Program-made: the position numbers and the translations under genes
Shown: piece by piece, positions 52,840 through 62,530 of the stretch
Numbering within the stretch: the first letter of the stretch is position 1
Layout: each line of letters starts with the position of its first letter
DNA from: Trueperaceae bacterium
Lineage (GTDB): Bacteria > Deinococcota > Deinococci > Deinococcales > Trueperaceae
Reading direction: 5' to 3'
Length of the DNA stretch: 64,000 nucleotides
Assembly: GCA_965213705.1 (NCBI GenBank)
Contig: OZ243913.1
Coordinates: 3,744,001-3,808,000, forward strand
Notes under the pieces: generated by a model
Seen by the model: only the letters and a program-made list of their open reading frames with translations
The model's database searches: none
What the model was told of the DNA's origin: nothing

Positions 52840-54684
52840 ATGGATTTCAGCAAAAACCTCGTGCTTAAAGAAAATTACACCTTTTTCGCGGGCGACCTCG
52901 AGGGCATGGTGGCGGGCGGCGAGCACGGACTCTACAACCGCGACACGCGCTTTTTGAACCTCTACACCTGGGCGCTGGACGGTTTTCAAACCCTCCTCGT
53001 CGACACGGCCCGGCCCGACCGGCTGCACTTGCACCACGCCGAATTTGACGGTGACCGGCAACTCGTGGCCGTCAAGCGCGACTTAACGGTGACCGCCGTG
53101 AGCTTCACCGACACGCTTGTTCTGCAAAACACCGACCTCGTGGCGCGGACGGTGCGGCTCGAGCTTGCCCTGGCCGCCGACTTTGCCGACCTGTTCGAGG
53201 CTCGAGGCTGGCGGGACAAGGCTAGGACCGTCACGCGCGAAACGGGCGAGGCGTCGTTGCGCTTGGCTTATCAGGCTGAAGACGGTTTGAGCTTCGGCAC
53301 GCTTGTAACTTTTTCTGAAACACCCGAATTTACCGAGACTGGCGTCGTTTTTGAGATGGCGCTTCAGCCCAAAACTGAACACGTCTTAAAGGTCGAAGTG
53401 GCGATAGAGAACCCGCTCGAGACGGGCGAGCACGGTTTCGTCTCTTACGAAACCTGGCGCGAACAGTTTGATGTCGGGCTCGAGAACCCGCGCCACGGGG
53501 CGGCGCTGGGCCGCGCGGTAGACGACCTGCGGGCGCTGCTGCTGTTCGACGAGCGCGGCACCATCAGCGCGGCGGGCATTCCCTGGTTCGTCGCTGCCTT
53601 CGGGCGCGACGCGCTGCTCACCGCGTACATGCTGCTGCCGCACGCGCCCGGCGTTGCCGAAGGCACGTTGCGCTTTCTCGCCCACTACCAGGCGAAAGAG
53701 ACGGACGACTTCCGCAGCGCGCAGCCGGGGAAAATCCTGCACGAACTGCGCTACGGCGAGCTGAGCCGCACGGGCGTGACGCCGCACAGCCCCTACTACG
53801 GCACCGTGGACGCCACGCCGCTGTTCATCATGCTGCTGCACGAACTGTACCGGGTGACGGGTGACTTGGAACTGGTTAAAGACCTGCGTCCTAACTGGGA
53901 GGCGGCGCTCGTTTGGCTGCTTGAACACGGTGACCTGGACGGCGACGGCTTTTTGGAGTTCCGCGGCGTGGACGACGCCGCGGGCGGCAAGGGCTTGAGC
54001 GTCCAGTCCTGGAAAGACTCCGGCGACTCGATGAGCCACGCGGACGGTACTTTGGCCGCGGGCGCGCTGGCGGTCTGCGAGGTGCAGGGGTACGCTTACG
54101 CGGCTTACCTGGCGGCGGCAGACTTTTACGAAGCTCTCTGCGAGCCGGACGAAGCGACTCAGTGGCGAGAACGTGCTGAGACGTTGCAAAAGAAGTTTCA
54201 CGAGGCTTTTTGGCTGCCGGACTTGCAAACCTACGCCCTCGCACTCGACGGGGAGAAGCGGGCGCTCGAGGTCCACAGCTCGGACGCCGGCCAACTCCTC
54301 TGGACGGGCATCGTGCCGGAAGAGGTTGCGCCGCAACTCGTCCAAACGCTTCTATCGGACGCGCTTTGGACGGGCTGGGGCGTGCGCACGCTCGGGCGGG
54401 GCGAGGCGCGCTACAACCCGGTCTCCTACCACAACGGCTCGGTCTGGCCGCACGACACCGCGCTGATTGCCGGAGGTTTGACGCGCTACGGGTTCTTGGC
54501 CGAAGCGAAACTGATTCGTGACGCCCTTTACGACCTCGCCGCCAGCCAAATCGACCTGCGCCCGCCCGAACTCGTCGGCGGCTACGCGCGCACCCAAGCC
54601 CCGCCCGTGCCCTACCCGACCGCCTGCCGCCCGCAAGCCTGGGACGCGGCGGCGCTCGTTTACCTGAGCGAGTTAGCCTTGTGA
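52840..54684 (+). CDS. Amylo-alpha-1,6-glucosidase / glycogen-debranching-like glycoside hydrolase
   Basis: AAGIPWF..FGRDAL, QSWKDSGD, YHNGSVWPHD, CRPQAW. Confidence 0.9.
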   Translation: MDFSKNLVLKENYTFFAGDLEGMVAGGEHGLYNRDTRFLNLYTWALDGFQTLLVDTARPDRLHLHHAEFDGDRQLVAVKRDLTVTAVSFTDTLVLQNTDLVARTVRLELALAADFADLFEARGWRDKARTVTRETGEASLRLAYQAEDGLSFGTLVTFSETPEFTETGVVFEMALQPKTEHVLKVEVAIENPLETGEHGFVSYETWREQFDVGLENPRHGAALGRAVDDLRALLLFDERGTISAAGIPWFVAAFGRDALLTAYMLLPHAPGVAEGTLRFLAHYQAKETDDFRSAQPGKILHELRYGELSRTGVTPHSPYYGTVDATPLFIMLLHELYRVTGDLELVKDLRPNWEAALVWLLEHGDLDGDGFLEFRGVDDAAGGKGLSVQSWKDSGDSMSHADGTLAAGALAVCEVQGYAYAAYLAAADFYEALCEPDEATQWRERAETLQKKFHEAFWLPDLQTYALALDGEKRALEVHSSDAGQLLWTGIVPEEVAPQLVQTLLSDALWTGWGVRTLGRGEARYNPVSYHNGSVWPHDTALIAGGLTRYGFLAEAKLIRDALYDLAASQIDLRPPELVGGYARTQAPPVPYPTACRPQAWDAAALVYLSELAL

Positions 54685-54701
54685 AAAGGCCTCTTTCTTA
54701 A

Positions 54702-55103
54702 CTACTGCGTTTCCCTGGTCAAAATGAGGAGACCGCCCTGAGTGTAGACGAGGGTGAATGTCTCGTCGTCGCGCAACCGGTAGCTGGCCCGGAACACCTC
54801 GGACGCTTCGTCGCCTGCCCTCAATTCCTCTCGCCGCCAGCGGCTGAGTTCCTCGAGCTGGTCTACGGCCAGGCGTTTGAACCTGTCCTCGAAGTCGAAG
54901 AAGTCCGTGTAACCGTGGACGTAGCAGACAGCCTCGGGGTCCTCCAACGCTTCGGGACATTCCCTATCGGCAATCCTGAGCTCGAAAAACATGTTTCGCT
55001 CGAACTCGTCGAACGTGCCTTCGGTGCTGTCGCGTTGCGCAACCCCGAGGGTGGCAACGGCGAAACTCAGGGCGGTCAGAAAACAAACTGTGAAACGTTT
55101 CAT
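54702..55103 (-). CDS. Exported hypothetical protein
   Basis: Signal peptide; two Cys; acidic. Confidence 0.6.
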   Translation of the reverse strand: MKRFTVCFLTALSFAVATLGVAQRDSTEGTFDEFERNMFFELRIADRECPEALEDPEAVCYVHGYTDFFDFEDRFKRLAVDQLEELSRWRREELRAGDEASEVFRASYRLRDDETFTLVYTQGGLLILTRETQ

Positions 55104-55170
55104 CCTTATAAGTTTAGTAACCTGCTACGGCTTGTCAAGTCTCGGCTGCTCTGCTCGAGCCCGACCAAGC

Positions 55171-56123
55171 TTACTCGGCCACGCCCTCTTCGATGTCTTG
55201 TTGATGCCGGTTCGCGTAGGGCGACGCGGTGATGCTCACGGTGAGCGACAGGAGAATGACGCCCAAGCTGAGCAGGTTGGGGACGTGAAAAACCCCGGCG
55301 AGCAGCAGTTTCGCGCCCACGAACGCCAGCACCGCCGCGAGGCCGTAGCGCAAAACACGAACTTGTCGACCACGCCCGCCAGCAAAAAGTAGAGGCTCCT
55401 GAAGCCCAGGATGGCGAACACGTTGCTGGTGTAGACGATGAACGGGTCTTGGGTGATGGCAAAAATCGCCGGGATGCTATCGAGCGCGAACAAAACGTCG
55501 GTAAACTCGACCAGAATGAGCACCACGAACAGCGGCGTGGCGAGTCGGCGCGCGCCCTGACGAGTAAAAAAGTTTTGACCGTCGTAGTTTTCGCTGACGG
55601 GAACGAAGCGCCGCACCAGTCTCAGCACGGGGTTGGTTTCTAAGTCAATGGGGTCGTCCCCGCTGCTCCGCAGCATCCTCAACCCGGCAAAGACAAGAAA
55701 CGCCCCGAATAGGTACAGCACCCAACTGAACTGCTCGACCAGCACGCTGCCCACGCCGATGAGCGTGCCGCGCAGCAGAAGCGCCCCGACGATGCCCCAA
55801 AACAGCACCCGGTGTTGAAACTTGCTCGGTACGGCAAAAGCGGAGAAGATGAGGACGAAGACGAAAATGTTGTCGACCGAGAGCGAATACTCGATAAGGT
55901 AACCCGTCAAAAACTCCAAGCCCTGCTTCGGCCCGGCGAAAAAGTACAGCCCGACGTTGAACAGCAGCGCCAGGCTTATCCACACGGCGCTGAAGACGCC
56001 CGCCTCTTTTAGGGAAATCGTGTGCGCCTTGCGGTTAAACACGCCCAGGTCGAGGGCGAGCAGCGCCAAGACGAACGCGTGAAAGCCGACCCAAAACCAG
56101 ATTGACACGTCCATAAAGTTCAC
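55171..56123 (-). pseudogene. TerC/Alx family Mn-export membrane protein with 1-nt frameshift at ~55352-55355
   Basis: EYSLSVDNIFVF, DVLFALDSIPAIFAIT; KFVF|LRYGLAAVLAFVG continues in another frame; T4 where T5 is needed. Confidence 0.8.
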
Positions 56124-56178
56124 CCAAGTAGAGCAGCCTCGAGAAAGCCCGAAAGCTCGCTCTTCAGCGCCTAAGTCA

Positions 56179-56317
56179 TTTGGTCAGGTCTCGCGCTTGC
56201 TTTGCGCACCGGGAAAACTTTAGAGGTAGTGTCTCTAATGCGTCAGAGACGCTACCTCTAAAGCCTCCGTACTGACGACACGCAACCCCTGTTGGGGGGC
56301 TACGCCCCTGCCGAAAA
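56179..56317 (-). ncRNA. yybP-ykoY manganese riboswitch
   Basis: AGGGGCGTAGC...CGTCAGTAC...CCGG...GCGAGACC with P1 pairing, upstream of TerC gene; TATACT just 5'. Confidence 0.8.
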
Positions 56318-56345
56318 CAGTATACCGAGGAAGCCGCCTCTCAAC

Positions 56346-57044
56346 TCATGTGGGTTGGGCTGCAAGCAACCGCACCATCTCTTTGACGAGGGCGTTGGCG
56401 CGGGCGGCGGCTGTCGGCATAAACGTCTCAAAACTCGTTTCCGCGTCACCGTCGGCACTGTCACTTATGCTGCGGACGACGACAAAAGGCACACCCCACT
56501 TGGCGCAGACCTGAGCCACTGCCGCCCCTTCCATTTCGGCGCAAACGCCCTGAAAGGTATCGCGCAGCCAGGCGGCTTTTTCGGTGTCGGCAATGAACTG
56601 GTCGCCCGACAACACCCGTCCCGAGACGGTTCGCACGCCGCCCAACCCCGCCGCCGCCTGCAACGCCACACGCCGCAACGTAGCGTCCGCGGTCCAAGCG
56701 AGAGTTTCGCCTGGCACTTCCCCGAGCGCGTGGCCGAACGCCGTCGCGTCCACGTCGTGCTGCAGCGCGTCGCTGCTGACGACGATGTCGCCGACCTTCA
56801 AACCGGCCCCAAGCGCTCCCGCCACACCGGTAAAGACGAGCCGCGTCACGCCGTAGACGAGCATCGTCTGCGTCAGCGCGGCGGCGTTGACCTTGCCGAT
56901 GCCGCAGCGCGCTACCAGCACTTCTTTGGTCTCGAGCGTCCCCCGCCACAGCTCGAACGGTCCGACCTGTACCCTGGAAACGCCCTGAAGGTCCGCGAGC
57001 AAGCCCTCGACCTCCGCCGGCATCGCACCCACAATCCCTAGCAC
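56346..57044 (-). CDS. mtnN: MTA/SAH nucleosidase
   Basis: GIVGAMPAEV, GIGKVNAA, SGDQFI, EMEGAAVAQ, RSISD. Confidence 0.95.
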   Translation of the reverse strand: MLGIVGAMPAEVEGLLADLQGVSRVQVGPFELWRGTLETKEVLVARCGIGKVNAAALTQTMLVYGVTRLVFTGVAGALGAGLKVGDIVVSSDALQHDVDATAFGHALGEVPGETLAWTADATLRRVALQAAAGLGGVRTVSGRVLSGDQFIADTEKAAWLRDTFQGVCAEMEGAAVAQVCAKWGVPFVVVRSISDSADGDAETSFETFMPTAAARANALVKEMVRLLAAQPT

Positions 57045-57242
57045 GGGACGTCCGGCCTTCGACTGTCAGGTTTTCGACTGTCCGGTTTTTGAGTGCGCGG
57101 CTTCTGGGTGCTCAACGCTCGAGTGTCCGGCGAGAGAACGTCGGCAGCCGGAACACCGGTCATTGTAGGAGTCGTTTCGTAGAAGTCATTTCTAGGAGCA
57201 GTTTAATACAGTTGGGCGGCCGGGCGCTGCTATAGTAAACCG

Positions 57243-58112
57243 ATGTTGCTTTCTATCACACACACGACCGAGTATACCTATCCCAAACCGGCCTGGGACT
57301 CGTTCAACGAACTGCGTTTGCAACCGGCGGACGACTACCGGCAAACCGTTTTGCAGTTCGAGTTGGAGGTTACGCCCGCCACCGCGCTTCGCAACCACTT
57401 GGACTACTACGGCAACACCGCGCACCACTTTCACCTAAACACGCGCCACGACAACTTGCGAATTGTCTCGAGCGCCCTAGTCAGCACCTACCCGATTCCC
57501 GCGCCGCACACGGTTCCGGCGGGCGCGCTGCCGGACTTGCGGCACCGCTTTTTCGAGTACCTGGCCCCGACGCGGCGCGTGCCGCTGAACCAGGACTGGC
57601 TCGGGCGCTTCGGCGCGGCACCCTTAAATTCGGGCGACGAGGTCACTCGGTACTTGCTCGACTTGACGGCTCACCTCAAAGCGCGCCTCACCTACCGGTC
57701 GAACAGCACCACGGTAGACACGACCCTGCAGGACTTCGCCAACACCCAAACGGGCGTGTGCCAGGACTTCGCCCACGCCATGCTGGCGATTTGTCGCAGC
57801 GTCGGCATTCCCTCGCGCTACGTCAGCGGCTACGTGCACAGCAACCCCTCGGGCAACGAGGACATGATTGGGTCGGAAGGGTCGCACGCCTGGGTCGAGA
57901 CGTTTCTGCCCGGCAGCGGCTGGGTCGGCTACGACCCGACCAACGGCTGCATCATCAACGAGGCGCACGCCAAACTCGCCGTCGGCCGCGACTACGACGA
58001 CGTGCCACCTACCAGGGGGCTGCGGCGCGGCGGCGGTCGGGGCGGTCTCCAGGTCGAGGTCAAAGTGCGGCGGGCCGACCGCCAGGTGGCGACGCTGGAA
58101 ACTGCGCTCTAG
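57243..58112 (+). CDS. Transglutaminase-like protein with bacterial N-terminal domain
   Basis: ITHTTEYTY; GVCQDFAH, SHAWVE, GYDPTN, GRDYDDV. Confidence 0.95.
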   Translation: MLLSITHTTEYTYPKPAWDSFNELRLQPADDYRQTVLQFELEVTPATALRNHLDYYGNTAHHFHLNTRHDNLRIVSSALVSTYPIPAPHTVPAGALPDLRHRFFEYLAPTRRVPLNQDWLGRFGAAPLNSGDEVTRYLLDLTAHLKARLTYRSNSTTVDTTLQDFANTQTGVCQDFAHAMLAICRSVGIPSRYVSGYVHSNPSGNEDMIGSEGSHAWVETFLPGSGWVGYDPTNGCIINEAHAKLAVGRDYDDVPPTRGLRRGGGRGGLQVEVKVRRADRQVATLETAL

Positions 58113-58364
58113 GACAGCTACTTTTTGCCGGGGCGCGTTTGAGCGTTTCTTCTGCAAAAGAACCGGAACGGCTTTTGGCTTCTGTGTGGACTTGTGCGGA
58201 CTTGTGCGGACTTTCTTGGGTAAACTCGGTGAGAAGACCGGCAGCCAGACTTTGCCAAGCGGCTTTTCCAGACAGCTTTTTCAACTGCTAAAAGCGCCAG
58301 CGAAAGAACATTTCAAAACTGCGCCCCGGCCGGCTCGAGACGCACGTCTTCAAGCCCCGGAACT

Positions 58365-59318
58365 TCAAGCCCTGAAGTAAGTTTGCGTCACCGCGTCAGA
58401 GACGGCGGCCAGCGACTTGAGCAGGTCGTCTAAACTCGGCGTTTCGTCTTCGGTGATGCGCTCGGCGGCGTCTAAATATTTTAACTGCGCCGACAAGCGA
58501 CCGGCCAGCCGTTGCGGCGCGCCCGAGTCGGCGTTGCGTCCTTGCAGGTCGGTCAAAATCTCGTGGACCACCCGCACGCAGTAACGCAGACTCCGCGGAA
58601 AGTTCGGGTTGAGCAGCAAAAACTCCGCCATCAGGGCGGGCTCGAGCTGACTGTGATAGCACTTGCGAAACGCCTCGAACGCGCTCAACGACTTGAGCAG
58701 CGCCATGCTCCTGTGCGCGTCCACCCCCGCGGTCACCGACGCTTCGTCGTCGCCCCGGCGGTAGCGGACCTGCAGCGTGCGGATGGTGTTGTCGGCCCGC
58801 TCCAGGTACTGACCCAGCCGGATAAAGTACCAACCCTGGTCGCGCGGCAGCGTCGCGTCGGCGATGCCGAAAAACAAGTAGCTGGCGTCGCGCGCGCTCA
58901 CGCAAAAGTCGTAAAGGGCGTCCTCGTCGAGCGAACCCTGTTGCTCGGCGCAGAGCGCCAAGTAGGCGCGGTTCAGCGCCTCCCACATCTCGTTGGAGAT
59001 GCGGTCGCGCAGCGTGCGCGCGTTTTCACGGGCAAAAGAAAGGCTCGAGGCGACGCTGCCGCTGTTGGCGAGGTCGGTGGCGAGCCAGGTGGACACGCTC
59101 ACGGCGTCGGCGCGGTCGTAGCGCTCCCGAAACGCCGCCTCGTTGTCGGTGATGGTGAGGAGCGGCCCCCACTGCTCGGTGACGATGCCGCGCGCACCCG
59201 GCGTCAGGGGCGCTTCGGCGAGCGCTAGGTAGTTCACGTTCAGCAGGCGCGCGGTACATTCGGCCCGCTCCACGTAACGCCCTATCCAGTACATGTTTTC
59301 GGCGATGCGGCTAAGCAT
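58365..59318 (-). CDS. Alpha-E domain protein
   Basis: MLSRIAENMYWIGRYVERAE; GQYLERAD; FPRSL. Confidence 0.95.
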   Translation of the reverse strand: MLSRIAENMYWIGRYVERAECTARLLNVNYLALAEAPLTPGARGIVTEQWGPLLTITDNEAAFRERYDRADAVSVSTWLATDLANSGSVASSLSFARENARTLRDRISNEMWEALNRAYLALCAEQQGSLDEDALYDFCVSARDASYLFFGIADATLPRDQGWYFIRLGQYLERADNTIRTLQVRYRRGDDEASVTAGVDAHRSMALLKSLSAFEAFRKCYHSQLEPALMAEFLLLNPNFPRSLRYCVRVVHEILTDLQGRNADSGAPQRLAGRLSAQLKYLDAAERITEDETPSLDDLLKSLAAVSDAVTQTYFRA

Positions 59319-60954
59319 CCGTCTCGGCCGTTCCGTCGTCGGCGCTTTGGCTCTGCGACTGGCTTTGTGACTGACCCTGGCTTTGTGACTGACCCTGACT
59401 TTGTGACTGACCCCGAGACTGGCTTTGTTCCTGAGATTGGCTTTGTCCCTGGTTTTGCCCTCGACCCTGGCTTTGGGTTTGGCTCTGACTTTGCCTCGGC
59501 GCCCTGTCGTCCAAAACCCAGGTGTCTTTCGAGCCGCCCCCTTGCGACGAGTTCACCACGAGCGAGCCGCGTTTTAGGGCGACGCGCGTCAGGCCGCCCG
59601 GCACGATTTCGACGCGCTCACCCACCAAAATATAGGGCCGCAAGTCGATGTGGCAGGGCTCGAGCGCGCCGCTGTCCGGGTAGTAGGTCGGGTGGGTCGA
59701 GAGCTGGACGATGGGCTGCGCGATGTAGTTGCTCGGGTCGGCGCGAACATTTTCCAAAAAGGCCGCGCGCGTTTCGTCGTCGGCCTCGCTGCCGATGAGC
59801 ATTCCGTAACCGCCCGCACCGCCGACCTCTTTGATAACTAGGTTTCGGTTGTCGCTGAGCATGTATTCGAGGCCGTCCGCGTCGGCCCCCAAATAGGTCG
59901 TCACGTTGGGGAGTAGGGGCTCTTCGTTCAGGTAATAGCGGATGATGGCCGGCACGTAAGCGTAAATCGCCTTGTCGTCGGCCACGCCCGTCCCGACGGC
60001 GTTGGCGAGGGCCACGCGGCCCGCGCGGTAGACCTCTATCAAACCGGGTACGCCCAAACTGGAGTCGGGGCGAAACGCTTCCGGGTCCAGGAAGTCGTCG
60101 TCGATGCGCCGGTAGATGACGTCGACCTGTTGCCGCCCGCGCGTGGTGCGCATCCACACGCGCCCTTCGTCCACGAACAGGTCCCGGCCTTCGACCAGCT
60201 CTACGCCCATCTGCTGCGCTAAGTAACTGTGTTCGAAGTAGGCGCTGTTGTACTGGCCCGGCGTCAACACGACGATGCTGGGTCGCGCCACGTCGCGCGG
60301 GGACAGGCTGGAGAGCGTCTCGAGCAGCTCTATCGGGTAGTGCCGGACGGGCCGGACCGGGTATTCGGCCATCAGCTTGGGGAAACTGCGGGTCATCACG
60401 CCACGGTTGGCGAGCATGTAAGACACCCCGCTCGGGCAGCGCAGGTTGTCTTCCAGCACGCGAAACGTCCCCTTTGCGTCCCGAATCAGGTCGCAGCCGA
60501 CCACGTGCGTGTAGGCGCCGTGCGGCAGCTTGACGCCGCGCACCGCCGAACGGTAGTTGGCGTTGCTCAGCACCAAGTTTTTGGGCACCACACCCTCGTT
60601 CAAAACGCTCTGTTCGCCGTACACGTCGGCTAGGAACAAGTTGAGCGCCCGCACGCGCTGTCGCAAACCGGCCTCGAGCCCCGCCCATTCGGCCGCCGTG
60701 ATGATGCGCGGAATCGGGTCGAAGGGAAACGTGCGTTCGACGCCCTGCTCGTCGCCGTAGACCGTAAAGGTGATGCCCTGGTTCTTGAACGCCAGCTCGG
60801 TCAGGGCGCGGCGGCGGTTGAACTCGGACGCACCGTAGCCGTCGTAAAACGAAAAAAACGTTTCGTAGTGCGCGCGGGCGTCGTGCCCGGACACGGCCTC
60901 GTCGTAACCCTGGCGCGGCGCGTAAGGAAGGGTCGGTTTCGTGCTGAGGGACAT
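59311..60954 (-). CDS. Circularly permuted ATP-grasp type 2 protein with Gln/Ser tail
   Basis: VLEDNLRCPSGVSY, NSAYFEH, YRRIDDDFLDP, GVADDK, VNSSQGGGSKDTW. Confidence 0.95.
   Translation of the reverse strand: MSLSTKPTLPYAPRQGYDEAVSGHDARAHYETFFSFYDGYGASEFNRRRALTELAFKNQGITFTVYGDEQGVERTFPFDPIPRIITAAEWAGLEAGLRQRVRALNLFLADVYGEQSVLNEGVVPKNLVLSNANYRSAVRGVKLPHGAYTHVVGCDLIRDAKGTFRVLEDNLRCPSGVSYMLANRGVMTRSFPKLMAEYPVRPVRHYPIELLETLSSLSPRDVARPSIVVLTPGQYNSAYFEHSYLAQQMGVELVEGRDLFVDEGRVWMRTTRGRQQVDVIYRRIDDDFLDPEAFRPDSSLGVPGLIEVYRAGRVALANAVGTGVADDKAIYAYVPAIIRYYLNEEPLLPNVTTYLGADADGLEYMLSDNRNLVIKEVGGAGGYGMLIGSEADDETRAAFLENVRADPSNYIAQPIVQLSTHPTYYPDSGALEPCHIDLRPYILVGERVEIVPGGLTRVALKRGSLVVNSSQGGGSKDTWVLDDRAPRQSQSQTQSQGRGQNQGQSQSQEQSQSRGQSQSQGQSQSQGQSQSQSQSQSADDGTAETDA
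59345..59494 (-). repeat. 6/18-bp coding repeats (QSQGQS-type)
   Basis: Repeated CTTTGTGACTGACCCTG units giving alternating Gln residues. Confidence 0.85.
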
Positions 60955-61390
60955 AATTCATCCTATCACGACACCCTAAAAGCGGCGTGGCGCTTTTCAA
61001 ACCCGTGCATCCTCGCCGAAAAGTGTCCGAAAACGGACAAACGTCAGTTCGAATTGTCCTGAACAAACAACTCGGCCGAATTTTGGGGCCTGGTCGCGGC
61101 TCCAAAAAAGTAGGAGAGGTCGTCCGTTTTGCACCGAGCGGCCCCCCAAGGGCGAACGCTGCCGAGCGCGCCATGCCTTTTGTCTCAACCGAGCAGCCGT
61201 AGGGCCGACTTACGCCGGAGACTAGTGGGCTCGGAGACTAGTGGCCTCAAACGCAAAGAGAACAGGTGCTTTCTCGCCGACGTGGAACGCAACCTCGCGC
61301 TACGGGCGGAACGGTGTTCTCGAGCGTGCTGCCACCTGTACCCTGTTCACAGCTCGAGGATTCGCCGGGCCGACAACCCTGAGACGTGCC

Positions 61391-61888
61391 TCAAGCCGAA
61401 AACCGTTCGCGCAAACTCAGCCATACTTTTTCGTTGGAGATGCGCAGCGTGATGTCTTCTTCGGCAAAGACGAAACGCACCACGCACAGCTGTTCACGGC
61501 TGCGGGTCGCTTCTTCCCAAAAACGGGCGTAGCGGAGCGTGCCCCAAGCGTACGTTTCCCGGGCGCGCGACGGCCACTGCGAGCGCAGCTCCAAACCCTC
61601 GTCCAAAAAGCTTACCCTTACGCCGCCCGACGCCATACCCAACGACAGACCCGCCAGTACCAGCGGCGGCAGCCAAAACACGGTCTCGAGCAGCGTCGGC
61701 ACCCGCCCGAGTTGAAACAGGTAAGCGCCGGGCACCAACCAGCCTATGGTACTCGCCACCGACCACAAAAACACCAAACAACCTGCCGCGCCCAGGAGCC
61801 ACACCGAGCGCGTCGCGCGGCTCGGCGCGCCTAAGACGAGCGGGCTGAGGCTCCGGGTCGTCAGGACGCCCAAGTCTACGCTTTTCAT
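61391..61888 (-). CDS. Hypothetical membrane protein
   Basis: Two TM segments followed by a beta-rich soluble domain. Confidence 0.6.
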   Translation of the reverse strand: MKSVDLGVLTTRSLSPLVLGAPSRATRSVWLLGAAGCLVFLWSVASTIGWLVPGAYLFQLGRVPTLLETVFWLPPLVLAGLSLGMASGGVRVSFLDEGLELRSQWPSRARETYAWGTLRYARFWEEATRSREQLCVVRFVFAEEDITLRISNEKVWLSLRERFSA

Positions 61889-61991
61889 ACTCACTGCTCT
61901 CTTGCCGGCCGGGTCAGGTCCGACTCAGACGCGGATACTTGTAAAAAACGCCTCAGGGTTACACCCAGAGACCCTGAAAAAACCGCTGTTC

Positions 61992-62023
61992 AAAAAGGGA
62001 GTGTCCCGAGCAGGACACTCCCT
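61992..62023 (-). terminator. Intrinsic terminator downstream of hup
   Basis: AGGGAGTGTCC/GGACACTCCCT stem with T run on minus strand. Confidence 0.85.
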
Positions 62024-62110
62024 CAACCTCGGTCGCGTAAACGGCTTTCGTTCGACCTCTGACAAAGCCGTCCGGCTCCGCTTGACGGTTTCCTCGGCTC
62101 AGCAGCTTTT

Positions 62111-62395
62111 TTACCTGACTTCGTCCTTGAGACCCTTGCCGGGCTTGAAGGCGGGGTACTTGCTGGCGGGGATTTCGATGCGTTCGGTGGTGCCGGGCTT
62201 GACGCCGGTACGCGCCTTGCGGTCACGCACCTCGAAGGTGCCGAAGCCCGTCAGTTGCACTTTGTCACCTTGCTTCAGGTGGCTGCTCACCTGCTCCAAC
62301 ATCGTGTCCACGACGGTCTTGACGTCTTTTTTAGTCAGGTCGCTTTTGTCGGCCACGGCGTCTATCAGGTCGGCTTTGGAGACACTTTTTGCCAT
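62111..62395 (-). CDS. hup: HU DNA-binding protein (paralog 2)
   Basis: DKVQLTGFGTFEVRDRKARTG..PAFKPGKGLK. Confidence 0.95.
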   Translation of the reverse strand: MAKSVSKADLIDAVADKSDLTKKDVKTVVDTMLEQVSSHLKQGDKVQLTGFGTFEVRDRKARTGVKPGTTERIEIPASKYPAFKPGKGLKDEVR

Positions 62396-62530
62396 GATTT
62401 TTCACTCCCTCGTGAGTCGTCTGTATGTAACTGTTGCCGTTACGAGGCGAGTCTAGCATGTTTTTTGCGTGCGTGACAGCTTTTCTCCGGAATCTTGGCA
62501 AGGGACGGGGGAAAGGTTTTGCAGGGGCAC

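Noticed and set aside
57038..57163. 41-codon ORF overlapping the mtnN start
   Set aside because: Mostly 15-bp repeat sequence, with no RBS and out of frame with mtnN
59618..61174. 518-aa alternative-frame ORF and other long shadow ORFs (4168-5412, 17748-19013, 42655-43764)
   Set aside because: They overlap well-supported genes and are Arg/Gly/Ala/Ser-rich products of high GC
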